A stretch of 64,000 bases of DNA from a virus: the IMG/VR virus record IMGVR_UViG_3300009171_000001, positions 1 through 64,000 of that record; one strand, written 5' to 3'. Positions within the stretch are counted from its first letter, which is position 1; each line of letters begins with the position of its first letter. The position numbers were made by a program, and so were the translations under genes. Below, in pieces: positions 1-10,063 of this stretch. The notes below the pieces were generated by a model. That model was given only the letters and a program-made list of their open reading frames with translations. It did no database searches and was not told the DNA's origin.

Positions 1-358
1 TCTCCAATTCAGTATAATCTTCATCCAATAAATCACTGTTTACAATAGTAATTTTGACCATACTTCCTATACCACCATCAAATTCCTCCAACTTAGACTC
101 AAGTAATCTTGTTACATTAGTCACATGTAATGTCAATGTAGGTATATCCCCCTTGCTCGATTCGGTCATCATCTCAAGAGAAAAATTCATAGCCGTATAA
201 AGAATCCCCCCCGTTCCTCCCCTCACTAAATCTTCATTATTCCGTACCAAATGAAACTCTGTATCATCTGGTAAAGTAATATCAAGAAAAGGTAACCAAC
301 AAGATGTTGTTGAACGCAAGTTCTTTTTTGCAATTAAACTGGTTGGTAATTCTTTCAA
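1..358 (-). CDS. Tail tip/minor tail protein (DUF1833-like), partial; 3' end runs off the window
   Basis: Manual translation from TTG at 358 gives MKELPTSLIAKKNLRSTTSCWLPFLDITLPDDTEFHLVRNNEDL...GDIPTLTLHVTNVTR; open to position 1; follows the distal tail gene. Confidence 0.6.
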   Translation of the reverse strand, partial: MKELPTSLIAKKNLRSTTSCWLPFLDITLPDDTEFHLVRNNEDLVRGGTGGILYTAMNFSLEMMTESSKGDIPTLTLHVTNVTRLLESKLEEFDGGIGSMVKITIVNSDLLDEDYTELE

Positions 359-359
359 C

Positions 360-722
360 TCAATCTTCCTCCATTACAATATGAGCAGACCATAAAGTTG
401 GGTCTTCCTCATCCAATCTATATTCTATAGGTTGAGCAAACCGGACTACAAACACATCCTCCACTCCCTGTTTATTTCGTGTCCAATTGAAAGTCTCACC
501 ACCTACTTTGACCGTAACCTCCTCAAAAATCTCCAACAAAGTCTTATCTTCCTCCCCCATCTTATCAACATTAAATTCAAATTTCTTTTTGGCTAATGTA
601 ACCCTACCCCGTGTCATAATTTTGCCATCTTCAGGCGTAGTACGCAAAGTTGGATCAAACACCCTGGTTTCAATATATCCCTGAATAGATACTCCCCTGG
701 ATAATGAAGGAAAATCAGCCAT
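360..722 (-). CDS. Distal tail / minor tail protein
   Basis: 120 aa directly downstream of the tape measure gene; ...GGETFNW...VRF motif typical of lambda gpM/Dit-like proteins. Confidence 0.6.
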   Translation of the reverse strand: MADFPSLSRGVSIQGYIETRVFDPTLRTTPEDGKIMTRGRVTLAKKKFEFNVDKMGEEDKTLLEIFEEVTVKVGGETFNWTRNKQGVEDVFVVRFAQPIEYRLDEEDPTLWSAHIVMEED

Positions 723-3522
723 TGTTTTTCGTTCCTCCCATTACTTGTCTTATTGGGCCGTTGCTTACCAAATCATTTATTACCGTGTCCGTCACCAATG
801 TAACCACCCATTGCTTACCATCAAATTTTGGTGAACCACTTTGCTTGATATTTTGCCCAGTGTTATTATTAATGACTACTGAAGGAGTACGGGATTTATT
901 TGCATCATATTTAGGTATGATTTGTTCTCCCCGTTGAATGATAGCAGGGAATTCATCTGGACGAAAACCACTGTGCAAGCGTGGGAGATAATCTACTGAG
1001 ATACCCTTATGAGCTACACCAGCCATTGCAGGATTTATGTCACCAATCGGTGCGGTTTTAACTGCACCCATCCCACCAAAAAATCCTGGGAAAAAGGATG
1101 TCATCGCAGCAGCCATTTGCCAACGTATCATCATTTGCAATAAATCTGCTATAATTGCACGGGCAAAATCTTGGAAATTGCCCTTACCTTCCATTATCAT
1201 ATCCGTCAAACTTTTACTCGCCCTATCAAAAGTGCTTACCATTATATCACCCAAATTCTGCCAGATATTTTGTGCATCACTGGCCCACTCGCCCATAGTC
1301 GAATGAAATGCTGCTATCCCCCTGCGGCCTTTTAGTAGTTTATCCAAAGCCTCTGTATATTCTTTTACTTTTTCTGTTCGCCTTTCTATTTCCCCACCAT
1401 AAGCATCGGTTGCCTTTGTTTCAAATTCTAATATGGCTGCAGCTCTCTCCCGTGCTTCATTTGTTTTTCCTAACTGGGTATATTCATTTTTGAGAGCATC
1501 TATCATTCTATTTAATTCTCGTTGATTATCTCTTAAAGATGACAAATCCCCTTTTTCACCCCCCCTCTCCAATCCAATTTTTTCCAATTGAGTTTCGATA
1601 GCATCTATATTTTTTTGTATTTCCTGCTCCACCGTTATGGCTGTGCCTTTTTCTACATACTTACCCACAAAAGTATCTAATTGTGTACTCATAGCCTTAA
1701 AATCTTTTTCAAATTGGGTGGCTATGTCTGTACCAAGCATTTTTGCCCGTTCTTTTACCGCCAAAACGGTAGCCTCAGCATAGGTAGGGATTTTTTTGAA
1801 AGTATCAGCAACTACAACACCCACCCCCTTTATATCCTCTTTCAAAGGTCCAATTGCATCTCTGGATTCCACAAAAGCCGCTGCCATTCTCTCCACAATA
1901 CTGCTATCCCAAAATTCCTGATTTGTCATATTCCACAAACGCTCTGCCGCAGCCCCAGTAGCCACTAAATCAGGAATAAATTCTTTCAATTGTTTTGAAC
2001 CTTCCGCTACCATATAATTGATTGGATATTTCCAAAAACCTGCTTGGCCCTTAGCTATTTCCTCATTAGCCTGTTTCCAAGCATTCTTGAACCAATCCAA
2101 AAATGCCGCAGTCTGATCACCCAACCAAGTGTAGAGATGTTGAAAAACTACTTCCAATCCAAGAATAGAATCTTTGAGCTCCGAAAAAGAACCATTCCAA
2201 GCTGCCCGAAATGTATAAGCCAAAACAATCAAAAGTGTGAAGGGATTCAAAAGTCCAAGAACAACAACACCAAGCATACCAAAAATTTTGACAGCCATTA
2301 CCATAGTAATTAAAGCAGGCCCAAGCACCCCTATAATTGCCGCCCATTTAACAATACTACTCCTCATACTCTCATCCATTCCAAACCACACACGGCTCAG
2401 TGTCTTAAGATAATCAGCCACTTTCTCAATGGACGGTGCTAATAATCTACCTACATCACGGCTTAACCAAGTAACATGATGCCATATCATTACTAATTGT
2501 TCTTTGAAGGAGCTTAAATTTATAGCAGCTATTTCTGCTGTTTTTCCCGTCCCTTCTGTAGCTTTCATCAATTGCTCATAAAATTTACGCATCATGTCTG
2601 CTTTACCCAACAGGGGCATAATGACTTGTTGCGAACGGGCTTCAAAACCCAAGGCTTTGAACATTTTCCCAATATCTTCCGTAGATAACTTTTCGGATAT
2701 TTTAGTCAAATCATCTAAAATATCAAACAGATTACGAAATTCCCCTTCAGCATTAAAAACAGATACACCCAATTCGTCCCAAGCCAATCTATTTTCACGA
2801 AAGCCTTGGGTCATAAGCCGTAACATACGCCCAAAAGCTGTACCAGCCTCCTCACCCTTCATATTCTGGGCATGATAAGCAGCCAACACAGCCATACCCT
2901 CTTCCAATTGTATCCCCCAAACTTTCATAGCTTGTCCAGATTCTTCTGTTAAAGCCTTAGCAAACTGAAAAATTTCACCGCTGGCCATAATGTTAGCCTG
3001 AGAGAAATTATCTGTAACACGTCTTATATTTTTCAAAGTCTGAATGGGGTCATCTGTGGACAATCCCAAAGCTCTGAGTGAATCTGCCATAAAAACAGTA
3101 GCTCTGCCAAGGTCAAAAGAACCTGCCACAGCAAATCTCTCTGCCAAGCTAAGCAAATTCAACGATTGCACAGCATCAAATCCCGCTGAACCCAAATGAC
3201 GATAACCCTCAGCCAACTCAGTAGCTGTCATGGATGAACGTAAAGATATTTCCTCCGCATTCCTTGTCATCTTTTCTTTCATTTCATCCGACAAATTCCC
3301 AAACATAGCAAAGGCTTTGGTCATAGCATCTTGAAAGCTGGCGTAAGATTTTACCATCCCAGTCAAAGGGGCAGTTACAGAAATACTTAACCGGCGTCCA
3401 AGACTTTCCAAATCATGGCCCAATCTTTGAAAACGGGATTTGACTGAATCTAAAGTATTTTGCCATTGGGTGGCATCCACTCGTAAATGAGCTACCAAAT
3501 TACCTAAATCAAGCCCTGTCAT
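715..3522 (-). CDS. Tape measure protein (TP901-family core)
   Basis: 935 aa, helical and Ala-rich; SVTAPL...F++AM...L+EG+..L.SAG...KG.EAGTA+.RML motifs; follows the tail chaperones. Confidence 0.93.
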   Translation of the reverse strand: MTGLDLGNLVAHLRVDATQWQNTLDSVKSRFQRLGHDLESLGRRLSISVTAPLTGMVKSYASFQDAMTKAFAMFGNLSDEMKEKMTRNAEEISLRSSMTATELAEGYRHLGSAGFDAVQSLNLLSLAERFAVAGSFDLGRATVFMADSLRALGLSTDDPIQTLKNIRRVTDNFSQANIMASGEIFQFAKALTEESGQAMKVWGIQLEEGMAVLAAYHAQNMKGEEAGTAFGRMLRLMTQGFRENRLAWDELGVSVFNAEGEFRNLFDILDDLTKISEKLSTEDIGKMFKALGFEARSQQVIMPLLGKADMMRKFYEQLMKATEGTGKTAEIAAINLSSFKEQLVMIWHHVTWLSRDVGRLLAPSIEKVADYLKTLSRVWFGMDESMRSSIVKWAAIIGVLGPALITMVMAVKIFGMLGVVVLGLLNPFTLLIVLAYTFRAAWNGSFSELKDSILGLEVVFQHLYTWLGDQTAAFLDWFKNAWKQANEEIAKGQAGFWKYPINYMVAEGSKQLKEFIPDLVATGAAAERLWNMTNQEFWDSSIVERMAAAFVESRDAIGPLKEDIKGVGVVVADTFKKIPTYAEATVLAVKERAKMLGTDIATQFEKDFKAMSTQLDTFVGKYVEKGTAITVEQEIQKNIDAIETQLEKIGLERGGEKGDLSSLRDNQRELNRMIDALKNEYTQLGKTNEARERAAAILEFETKATDAYGGEIERRTEKVKEYTEALDKLLKGRRGIAAFHSTMGEWASDAQNIWQNLGDIMVSTFDRASKSLTDMIMEGKGNFQDFARAIIADLLQMMIRWQMAAAMTSFFPGFFGGMGAVKTAPIGDINPAMAGVAHKGISVDYLPRLHSGFRPDEFPAIIQRGEQIIPKYDANKSRTPSVVINNNTGQNIKQSGSPKFDGKQWVVTLVTDTVINDLVSNGPIRQVMGGTKNNG

Positions 3523-3845
3523 TTCTCCCCCCTTTTCTTTCTCTTACCAACTAATCCAGTCAAGGCAAAAAAGAATGCTTTTGTACGATTAGCTTTTGTT
3601 TGAGCTACCATAGCAGATTCCTTTTGTTCTGATTCTTTCCTCGGTGGTTCAAATTTCATAATGAAATCGGCCACTTTTACATTTCGCGGTTCTTTTACAT
3701 TACCACGTCTTATCTCAGCTGCAATTTGAGCTAAATAACATCTGGTGACGTCGAAAGCATTTGTTTCCCATTCAAAAAACTTCATCCATAAAACAAACTG
3801 AGAAGCCGATGTTTCCACCTTCACTCTATCCAAAGACATACCCAA
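3519..3845 (-). CDS. Tail assembly chaperone, GT (frameshift) C-terminal part
   Basis: Lies between the G chaperone and tape measure genes; its frame is open back to the slippery site at 3890-3896. Confidence 0.8.
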   Translation of the reverse strand: MGMSLDRVKVETSASQFVLWMKFFEWETNAFDVTRCYLAQIAAEIRRGNVKEPRNVKVADFIMKFEPPRKESEQKESAMVAQTKANRTKAFFFALTGLVGKRKKRGEK

Positions 3846-3849
3846 ACGG

Positions 3850-3896
3850 GCGGCGAGCTTTAACCAACCAAGCTCGTCGCTGTTCAGGAGTTTTTT
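3850..3896 (-). promoter_or_regulatory. Programmed -1 ribosomal frameshift signal (A AAA AAC plus downstream hairpin)
   Basis: Minus strand reads GCA AAA AAC TCC TGA, then the stem GCGACGAGCTT/AAGCTCGCCGC; the -1 frame reads KLLNSDELGWLKLAARLGMSLD into the next ORF. Confidence 0.85.
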
Positions 3897-4243
3897 GCTT
3901 CAATTTCTTGCTTTTCTTGACCTTTCTTATTTAGACCGCTCAACTCCTGAGCCGCATCAAACAAACCAGATAACATAGTAGCTGGCCAGGTTTGTACTAC
4001 GCTAAGGGGGACGGATTTGCCAGATTCATCAAACAAACACAATGGCAAAAGGTGAAGCTCTGGTGTAACGATGTTCATATCAGTAAGCATCAATTTACCA
4101 TCCCCACCAACAGACACCTTACCACCAAGTGCCTCACGCCACTTTTTCTGTCCCGCACCGTTAAGCTCACGGAGCACATAAGTCTTATCATCAATTGTGA
4201 CAGACAGTTCTTTCAAACTGGTTTGAAATACTAAATTGCCCAT
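3884..4243 (-). CDS. Tail assembly chaperone G
   Basis: 119 aa ending EAKNS, a typical G-chaperone C-terminus; lies between tail tube and tape measure genes. Confidence 0.85.
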   Translation of the reverse strand: MGNLVFQTSLKELSVTIDDKTYVLRELNGAGQKKWREALGGKVSVGGDGKLMLTDMNIVTPELHLLPLCLFDESGKSVPLSVVQTWPATMLSGLFDAAQELSGLNKKGQEKQEIEAKNS

Positions 4244-4378
4244 ATCAAAGTCCTTTCCTACAGTCTAACTTATACTTTAACAAGTAAAACAAGCTGTCTA
4301 TCGCAAGGCGGGGCTTGCGATTACCCTAAAACGTAGGGGATATTACCCTTAACCGAAAATCGGCCCTTAAATCGCATC

Positions 4379-4816
4379 CTATGCAGCTACCTCATAATCT
4401 GGTGCAATCTCATTACCATCATTATCTTGATTGCTACAATGAATCGTACCAGTAGCCGTTGGCATAGTACCTTCAACACACTCACCAGGAGTGAAGTTGT
4501 TGAGCCACCCGTAAAATTCCAATGTTGAACCATCAGAGAACTCGACGAGGATAATTCCATTCACATTAACAATGGAAAGTATCTGGTCGTAGATAGCAGG
4601 GTCATATTGGAAAGTACAGGATGCATCGGTCAATTCAACCAATGCTTTTGGCTGCTTAGTCCTCCACACAGTGTTCCGCATTGTAGTAGTTACATTTGGC
4701 CCACCACCATCAATGCCTGGAGGGGTGACAGATGTTTCTTTCAAAAGAAGCGTCACTCCTGAACCCAAAGCATCGAATGTGATAGTAGTAGGATGTCCAT
4801 CAGTCAAATAACTCAT
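4379..4816 (-). CDS. Major tail tube protein
   Basis: 145 aa, beta-rich (VTPPGIDGG...F.DGST+.F.GW); position upstream of the chaperones. Confidence 0.8.
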   Translation of the reverse strand: MSYLTDGHPTTITFDALGSGVTLLLKETSVTPPGIDGGGPNVTTTMRNTVWRTKQPKALVELTDASCTFQYDPAIYDQILSIVNVNGIILVEFSDGSTLEFYGWLNNFTPGECVEGTMPTATGTIHCSNQDNDGNEIAPDYEVAA

Positions 4817-4829
4817 TATATTACTCCTT

Positions 4830-5816
4830 TCAAAGTTTGGTCAACGAGACCAGAAAATTCATCGAAAACATTTTACGTCGTTTTGTTGTCATTTCCTCCC
4901 CCAACACATTAACACCACCCATTCTCGATATATTATGCAACCGATAAGTTGAACCATCTTTTATTACATCTACATTCACTACAGAATCAAGTTGGTTGGC
5001 AAGTATGTTACATTTAGCCCATCCCGTTTCTTCCGTCAAAGCTCGGAGAATTATCTGAATGCCATAGTGTTGTAAAATAGAACCATCCACCATCCACCGT
5101 CCATCTTTGACAGGGGTAGTATTATAAATTGCCCCTGCATTATCCTTTACCCCTTGCTCATCCCGTAAATAAGAAATATAAAGGGGCCAATCCCCTGCGG
5201 AAGATGGTACTGTCATCAATGCCACACCCGTTAGGTATGTAGCCACCACAGCAGCAGGGGATTCACCTACTACATCATAGGATTCAAGCAAATCAATCAC
5301 CAAATGTACTGGGACAGCATTAGTAGCTGTTATCATAAATCCTACAATATCATTTGCATCAAAATCTTCTTCCTCTGCCCGAAAAACATATTGTCCATTA
5401 CCCAACTCTACAAAATCACCACTTACACTCTCTTGAACCCCACCATCCAAACAACGGTATGCTGTTGGTAATGCCCCTATCAAGCCCAAACTATCATCAA
5501 CATTAATCAATAAGAAAGGTATATCATAAGATATATCTGGTCTGAAAAATTGCATTTGCATTAAGATATGGACGGGCACAGCACCAGTAGCCACAAACAA
5601 AAATCCTGCTGTAAAATTGGCGTTGAAATCACCAGCCACCCCCGCAAACAGATATTGACCATTACCAAGCTCAGATATTGTCCCCTCAACAGCTTCTTGA
5701 ACCCCACCATCTAAGCAACGATAAGCTGTTACCGTTGCTCCGGTCTTGGGTTGACCACCTAATGCATTAACCAAAGCAAAAGGTATGTCGTGTGCTATGT
5801 TCTTTATTACTGGCAT
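4830..5816 (-). CDS. Tail terminator-like protein with two N-terminal repeated (Ig-like) domains
   Basis: C-terminal ~140 aa resemble tail terminators (HYGIQIILRA...RR.MFSMNF); N-terminus is a duplicated ~90-aa unit (AYRCLDGGVQE...ELGNGQY). Confidence 0.6.
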   Translation of the reverse strand: MPVIKNIAHDIPFALVNALGGQPKTGATVTAYRCLDGGVQEAVEGTISELGNGQYLFAGVAGDFNANFTAGFLFVATGAVPVHILMQMQFFRPDISYDIPFLLINVDDSLGLIGALPTAYRCLDGGVQESVSGDFVELGNGQYVFRAEEEDFDANDIVGFMITATNAVPVHLVIDLLESYDVVGESPAAVVATYLTGVALMTVPSSAGDWPLYISYLRDEQGVKDNAGAIYNTTPVKDGRWMVDGSILQHYGIQIILRALTEETGWAKCNILANQLDSVVNVDVIKDGSTYRLHNISRMGGVNVLGEEMTTKRRKMFSMNFLVSLTKL

Positions 5817-7307
5817 TTATAATCTCATAACCACCGAATTTAATGAACCTGTATTCACCCCCACCAACCATCCAGGTTTTGGCCTCGCAAGCAATATCAA
5901 CGCACCATTTGTTTCTATTTCTATCATTATTGAACCATGTAAAACCTGATATACAACCATTCGTCCTATAACTGAGGTTAAAATATCTATCGAACCTGTC
6001 AACAGTCGTGTTGAATTCATTACACCAGAAACTATTATATCTACAGGAGAAGCCCCCGTCAAGCTCCTATCCCTGGAAATTTCTCCTAAAGTTTCTATTT
6101 GAATTTGAGTTATAGTTAATACACCCCGTTGACGAATTAAATCCCCAAGACAATCTATCCCAATAACCGACATTCCGACAAGGGGTTGAATTTGACCTGC
6201 TACCAAATCACCAACATTTGTAACGGATATATCTATTTGTCCTGTTAGTTTTCTTTCAATTTCAAGATTGCCAACGCTTTCCGTAGCAATACTAACCACA
6301 CCAACTATATTTTTAGCTACTAAAAGTGAACCGGAAATAACCAATCCAATAACCGACATTCCTACAAGTGGAACACTTGCTTTCATTGTTCCATTTGTTG
6401 AAATTGCTACAATTGATTCACCTATCAAATTTCGTTCAATGGACAAACTGGCATTAGCACCCAAATCTATATCTGCTTGTCCTTGTAATTTGGTGATGCG
6501 ATTCAACACACCCGTAGCAGATATTGCTACGTTGATTTGTCCATCAATTTCCCGTTCTATTGAAGATACAGCCGATGAAGAAATGGTAATAGGTGTAGAA
6601 CCAATTACTGTTTTTTGACAAGATAAATCGCCAGAACAACTCAACCCAATATCTATATCTGCAATTAAATCAATGGTGGGTAATAGGTCAAGGTTCTGGA
6701 CGTAGCCTGTCATCCAGTTGGTTACACCGTCGTCGTAACTATTTAGGCCATGAATATACCTAAAATCATTTTGTTGTGCGGAACTATCCGCTATCAATGT
6801 ATCGACTAAATCGCCGCCATCATCATCATAGTTGGTAGTGGCAATATAGGCGGTGTACCTGCCCTTATTAGTAGCTCCACCATCATCATCCCTTGTTATT
6901 CGTATAAAGTATTCTACATTCAGACTCCAACCATAATAAGGGTCTGAACCTACATTAACACCATCTTCCATAACTCTTAATAGAAAATAATCATCACCCC
7001 CACTGTTCCATCGAACGTAAAAATGCACAAAAGATTTACTTGTACTACCTAAATGGCAAGTATCATTTAAGTCATTAGAAAGCAGCCATACGGACGTTGT
7101 CGGAACAGCCGTCCCTGTATTTACTGCTGTTATTTTGAATGAAAACTTATGCTCGAAGTCACCGGAAAAGTAACCTGCTCCCTTATCTTTATAGACGTAG
7201 GAGGTTACGTTTCTTGGAAGTTCAGTATAGTTAATCTTCGCGGCAGCAACGGATATATCCGCCCCTTCATCAACTTCGGTATAAGTAGTAAAATCTTCAA
7301 TCGCCAT
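5817..7307 (-). CDS. Virion structural protein (lectin-like N-terminus, ~19-aa repeat stalk), probable collar/neck fibre
   Basis: Beta-rich aromatic N-terminal domain followed by many G.I.I.I...G.L repeats. Confidence 0.5.
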   Translation of the reverse strand: MAIEDFTTYTEVDEGADISVAAAKINYTELPRNVTSYVYKDKGAGYFSGDFEHKFSFKITAVNTGTAVPTTSVWLLSNDLNDTCHLGSTSKSFVHFYVRWNSGGDDYFLLRVMEDGVNVGSDPYYGWSLNVEYFIRITRDDDGGATNKGRYTAYIATTNYDDDGGDLVDTLIADSSAQQNDFRYIHGLNSYDDGVTNWMTGYVQNLDLLPTIDLIADIDIGLSCSGDLSCQKTVIGSTPITISSSAVSSIEREIDGQINVAISATGVLNRITKLQGQADIDLGANASLSIERNLIGESIVAISTNGTMKASVPLVGMSVIGLVISGSLLVAKNIVGVVSIATESVGNLEIERKLTGQIDISVTNVGDLVAGQIQPLVGMSVIGIDCLGDLIRQRGVLTITQIQIETLGEISRDRSLTGASPVDIIVSGVMNSTRLLTGSIDILTSVIGRMVVYQVLHGSIMIEIETNGALILLARPKPGWLVGVNTGSLNSVVMRL

Positions 7308-7332
7308 TTACATCTTCTGGACAAACACGATA

Positions 7333-7740
7333 TTATGTACAAGTTATAGCAAGGTCACCAGCATCGAACTGAGCAGTGTCACCATTATCTATTGCTTTCG
7401 GCGTAGTCAACTCACCATAGGCCAGCATATAACCACCATTGTAACTACCACTGGTCATAATAGCAAAATGTGTCACCGTACCCCATGAATCTGTAGCTTT
7501 TGGAAATGTAATTGGATTAGCATTATCAATTTGTCCACCAGCTGCGGCATTCCAATCACCACCTGCGGTAGCCACACGGGCATAAGAACCGCTATTAGGT
7601 ACTTCCGAAATGTAAGCACCAGAACCTGCTTCACTTGGGTCAGCATCACAAAGTGCTATATAAGCCGTAGGCATTGGAAAAGATGTTTTACCTACAATAT
7701 GCTCCAGAATTTTATTTTCCAAATAATCACTTGCACTCAT
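7333..7740 (-). CDS. Phage structural/fibre-associated protein
   Basis: MSASDYLENKIL...Y+AL...DP...SYARV...FP.AT..WGTVTHFAI motif, widespread in phage fibre modules. Confidence 0.7.
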   Translation of the reverse strand: MSASDYLENKILEHIVGKTSFPMPTAYIALCDADPSEAGSGAYISEVPNSGSYARVATAGGDWNAAAGGQIDNANPITFPKATDSWGTVTHFAIMTSGSYNGGYMLAYGELTTPKAIDNGDTAQFDAGDLAITCT

Positions 7741-7761
7741 TTGAACTCCTTTCGTTCAACA

Positions 7762-8268
7762 CTATTTCAACAAACTTTCATTTCTAAGTATTCTCAACAA
7801 AGCATCCCTCCCCTCCCTCATCGGCCTTTCCAAAAACTTATATTGCTCCTCTTTCTTACGTGGAAACATACCACCAGCTGCCGTACCCGCTGCCGTCAAA
7901 GGCTTCCATTTTGTCCGTCCACTTTTGAGTTGAACCATTTTACCCGCTGCCGCGATTTCAGCTGCATGCTTGATATTGAATTCTTCCCCATGAGCCAAAT
8001 ATGGATTTTCATGAACGGTTACAGCATAATCAAGTCCTGAACCATAACTTACCACAACATCCGTAGAAAAACCCACCCCAGATACTTTACGGGTATTACC
8101 AGTAGATTTTAATATCCCCAATTGTACTGGTACTATTTTTTGGGATTCCCTAAACAAATATAATCCACATTTCTTCAATCCAGATTCAACCCGTCCAGCA
8201 AGTCTCCTATCAACATTTTTCAGTCGATTCAAAACCTGCTGAACACCTTCTACTTTCACTACAAGCAT
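7762..8268 (-). CDS. HK97 gp10-like tail completion protein
   Basis: VPV..G.LK...YAV.VHE...KFLERP motifs. Confidence 0.75.
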   Translation of the reverse strand: MLVVKVEGVQQVLNRLKNVDRRLAGRVESGLKKCGLYLFRESQKIVPVQLGILKSTGNTRKVSGVGFSTDVVVSYGSGLDYAVTVHENPYLAHGEEFNIKHAAEIAAAGKMVQLKSGRTKWKPLTAAGTAAGGMFPRKKEEQYKFLERPMREGRDALLRILRNESLLK

Positions 8269-8633
8269 TATAATACAGCCGTCCTCAAAAATTCAGTGGC
8301 CTTGAAATTTGGATTTTTCAAAAATGCTCTAATTTCATAAGCCCCATCATTTGCTTTTGGGTCATCCAAATATACTACATCATCCAAAGTACCTAACATC
8401 AACACCCCACCAATAGAAACATCCCTGTCAACATACACTTTAGCCCGTGAAATAAAAACATTATCTTGAGCATCTAACACCTCAACCATTTCATCATCCC
8501 ACCTACAATCTATCTCAACAGCATCACCATAAACAGTTTGTCCATAATCGTCCACAGCCTGCCCACCAGTTTCTTCAGAGGCTAATGGCCAATATACTGC
8601 CGTCTGTTTCAACATTCTGGTTAGGATAGACAT
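8268..8633 (-). CDS. Head closure (stopper) protein
   Basis: QTAVYW...DDYG...CRW pattern; position in the head-tail module. Confidence 0.7.
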   Translation of the reverse strand: MSILTRMLKQTAVYWPLASEETGGQAVDDYGQTVYGDAVEIDCRWDDEMVEVLDAQDNVFISRAKVYVDRDVSIGGVLMLGTLDDVVYLDDPKANDGAYEIRAFLKNPNFKATEFLRTAVL

Positions 8634-8636
8634 AAT

Positions 8637-8942
8637 TTATCCTTTTGGACGTTTGTTCACTATCAATTCTTTAACACTTGCAAATCCAGCATCAACTTTC
8701 TTTTCTAACAAATTCAAAGTTGAATCAAATCTCTTCACTGTTTCTGTACAAGTATCTTTGAATTGAACGGTTCTTTGAAGATGTAAAACTTCTTCTCGAA
8801 TACCCGATTGATTTTCATTAACATCCTTACTATTACGTTTAGAAGCAAAAGCAAACGCCTCTTTCACCACAAGAATGGCGATAATACTTCCCACACCCAC
8901 TTGGGTTATAGAATCACTTTGAGCTAACAAATTATTTATCAT
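8637..8942 (-). CDS. Small membrane protein with coiled coil, possible holin
   Basis: One N-terminal hydrophobic segment followed by a charged coiled coil. Confidence 0.4.
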   Translation of the reverse strand: MINNLLAQSDSITQVGVGSIIAILVVKEAFAFASKRNSKDVNENQSGIREEVLHLQRTVQFKDTCTETVKRFDSTLNLLEKKVDAGFASVKELIVNKRPKG

Positions 8943-8945
8943 TAA

Positions 8946-9347
8946 TTATTCCTCTTCATCCTCTAAATCAGTACCTAACCAGGAGATACCCGCTGTAATT
9001 TTTGCCCCGTGTTTGGCTTGTACATTTAGTGCTGACAATCCACCAGCACTATCTAATCTCATCACCATTTGGCCGTAACGTGTGTTGTCAAAACCAAGTG
9101 CAATTACACTTTCAAAACTTTCACTAACCGGCCCACCTTTTTCTTGCGTTACCCGAACATCCCTTTGAGCATAAAAGTGGGCTGAAAGCCAAACAGCTAT
9201 CATATTTAATCGAGTGTCGTCATAATCGTCCGTACTACAATGCTCGGTGACCAATACTACTGCAGCAGCAATAAATGGGGCCAAATTTATGGTAGCATCT
9301 ACCTCAATAATTGCTTCCACATCATCAGATGTTACAGATATACTCAT
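8946..9347 (-). CDS. Head-tail connector/adaptor (DUF4054-like)
   Basis: WLSAHF...T.YGQ motif; position after the capsid genes. Confidence 0.75.
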   Translation of the reverse strand: MSISVTSDDVEAIIEVDATINLAPFIAAAVVLVTEHCSTDDYDDTRLNMIAVWLSAHFYAQRDVRVTQEKGGPVSESFESVIALGFDNTRYGQMVMRLDSAGGLSALNVQAKHGAKITAGISWLGTDLEDEEE

Positions 9348-10063
9348 GCTAATCTCCTCAAACGGTTATATCCATAAACCTTAAACTGTCTAATTCGCTT
9401 TCGTCTTTTTTCACACCATACTTTTGCTGCTAACCATTTGGCTTTGTTTTGAGGATTATTCCAAGCAAATTCAGGTTTCAATTCTATCAAATCCACTTTA
9501 CCATTTGCATAATAAACGAGAAGGTCTGGTATATAAACGTGAATGATTTTCTTCCATACATAAGAAATAGCAACAGGTTCTGTTTTATATTTCATAACCG
9601 TAGATTGCTTTTCTAAAAGCATATACCAATCCCGTTCAAGGTGGGAACGATAATGTAGCTTCTTTTGATTCTTTTGAGAATAAAACCAACCACCCCTTCC
9701 TCGTCCATTATTACTATGTCCTGCCTGAATTCGTTTTATTGCAACTTTCCTCAATTTTGCTTTTTGTTTCTCAGTAAGATGACCACCTTTATTTGCTCCA
9801 GGATGTCCCATAAGCGAATTACTAATTTTCCTTTTCGTCTCATTTGAAGTTATGTGTCCTTTGAGACCTTCACTAATACGCCTCCGCTCATCTACAGATG
9901 GTATTCTTCCAAATGTTTTACTTGGGGGCATAGTTTGAAATCGAATTTTCTGGGCCTTACTCATTTTTCTTTTCTGTTCTGGAGTTCTCTTTTTACCCCG
10001 TAAAGAGGCTGCCCTTCTTGCTATCCAAATATCAGTATGATGTTTTATATGATTGTTGGCCAT
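9344..10063 (-). CDS. Free-standing homing-type endonuclease: NUMOD3 repeats plus TnsA-N-like PD-(D/E)XK domain
   Basis: Repeated H+S.E++.KIS NUMOD3 motifs; YRS.LER, Y.PD.LV.Y..G...LIE+KP catalytic motif. Confidence 0.8.
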   Translation of the reverse strand: MANNHIKHHTDIWIARRAASLRGKKRTPEQKRKMSKAQKIRFQTMPPSKTFGRIPSVDERRRISEGLKGHITSNETKRKISNSLMGHPGANKGGHLTEKQKAKLRKVAIKRIQAGHSNNGRGRGGWFYSQKNQKKLHYRSHLERDWYMLLEKQSTVMKYKTEPVAISYVWKKIIHVYIPDLLVYYANGKVDLIELKPEFAWNNPQNKAKWLAAKVWCEKRRKRIRQFKVYGYNRLRRLA

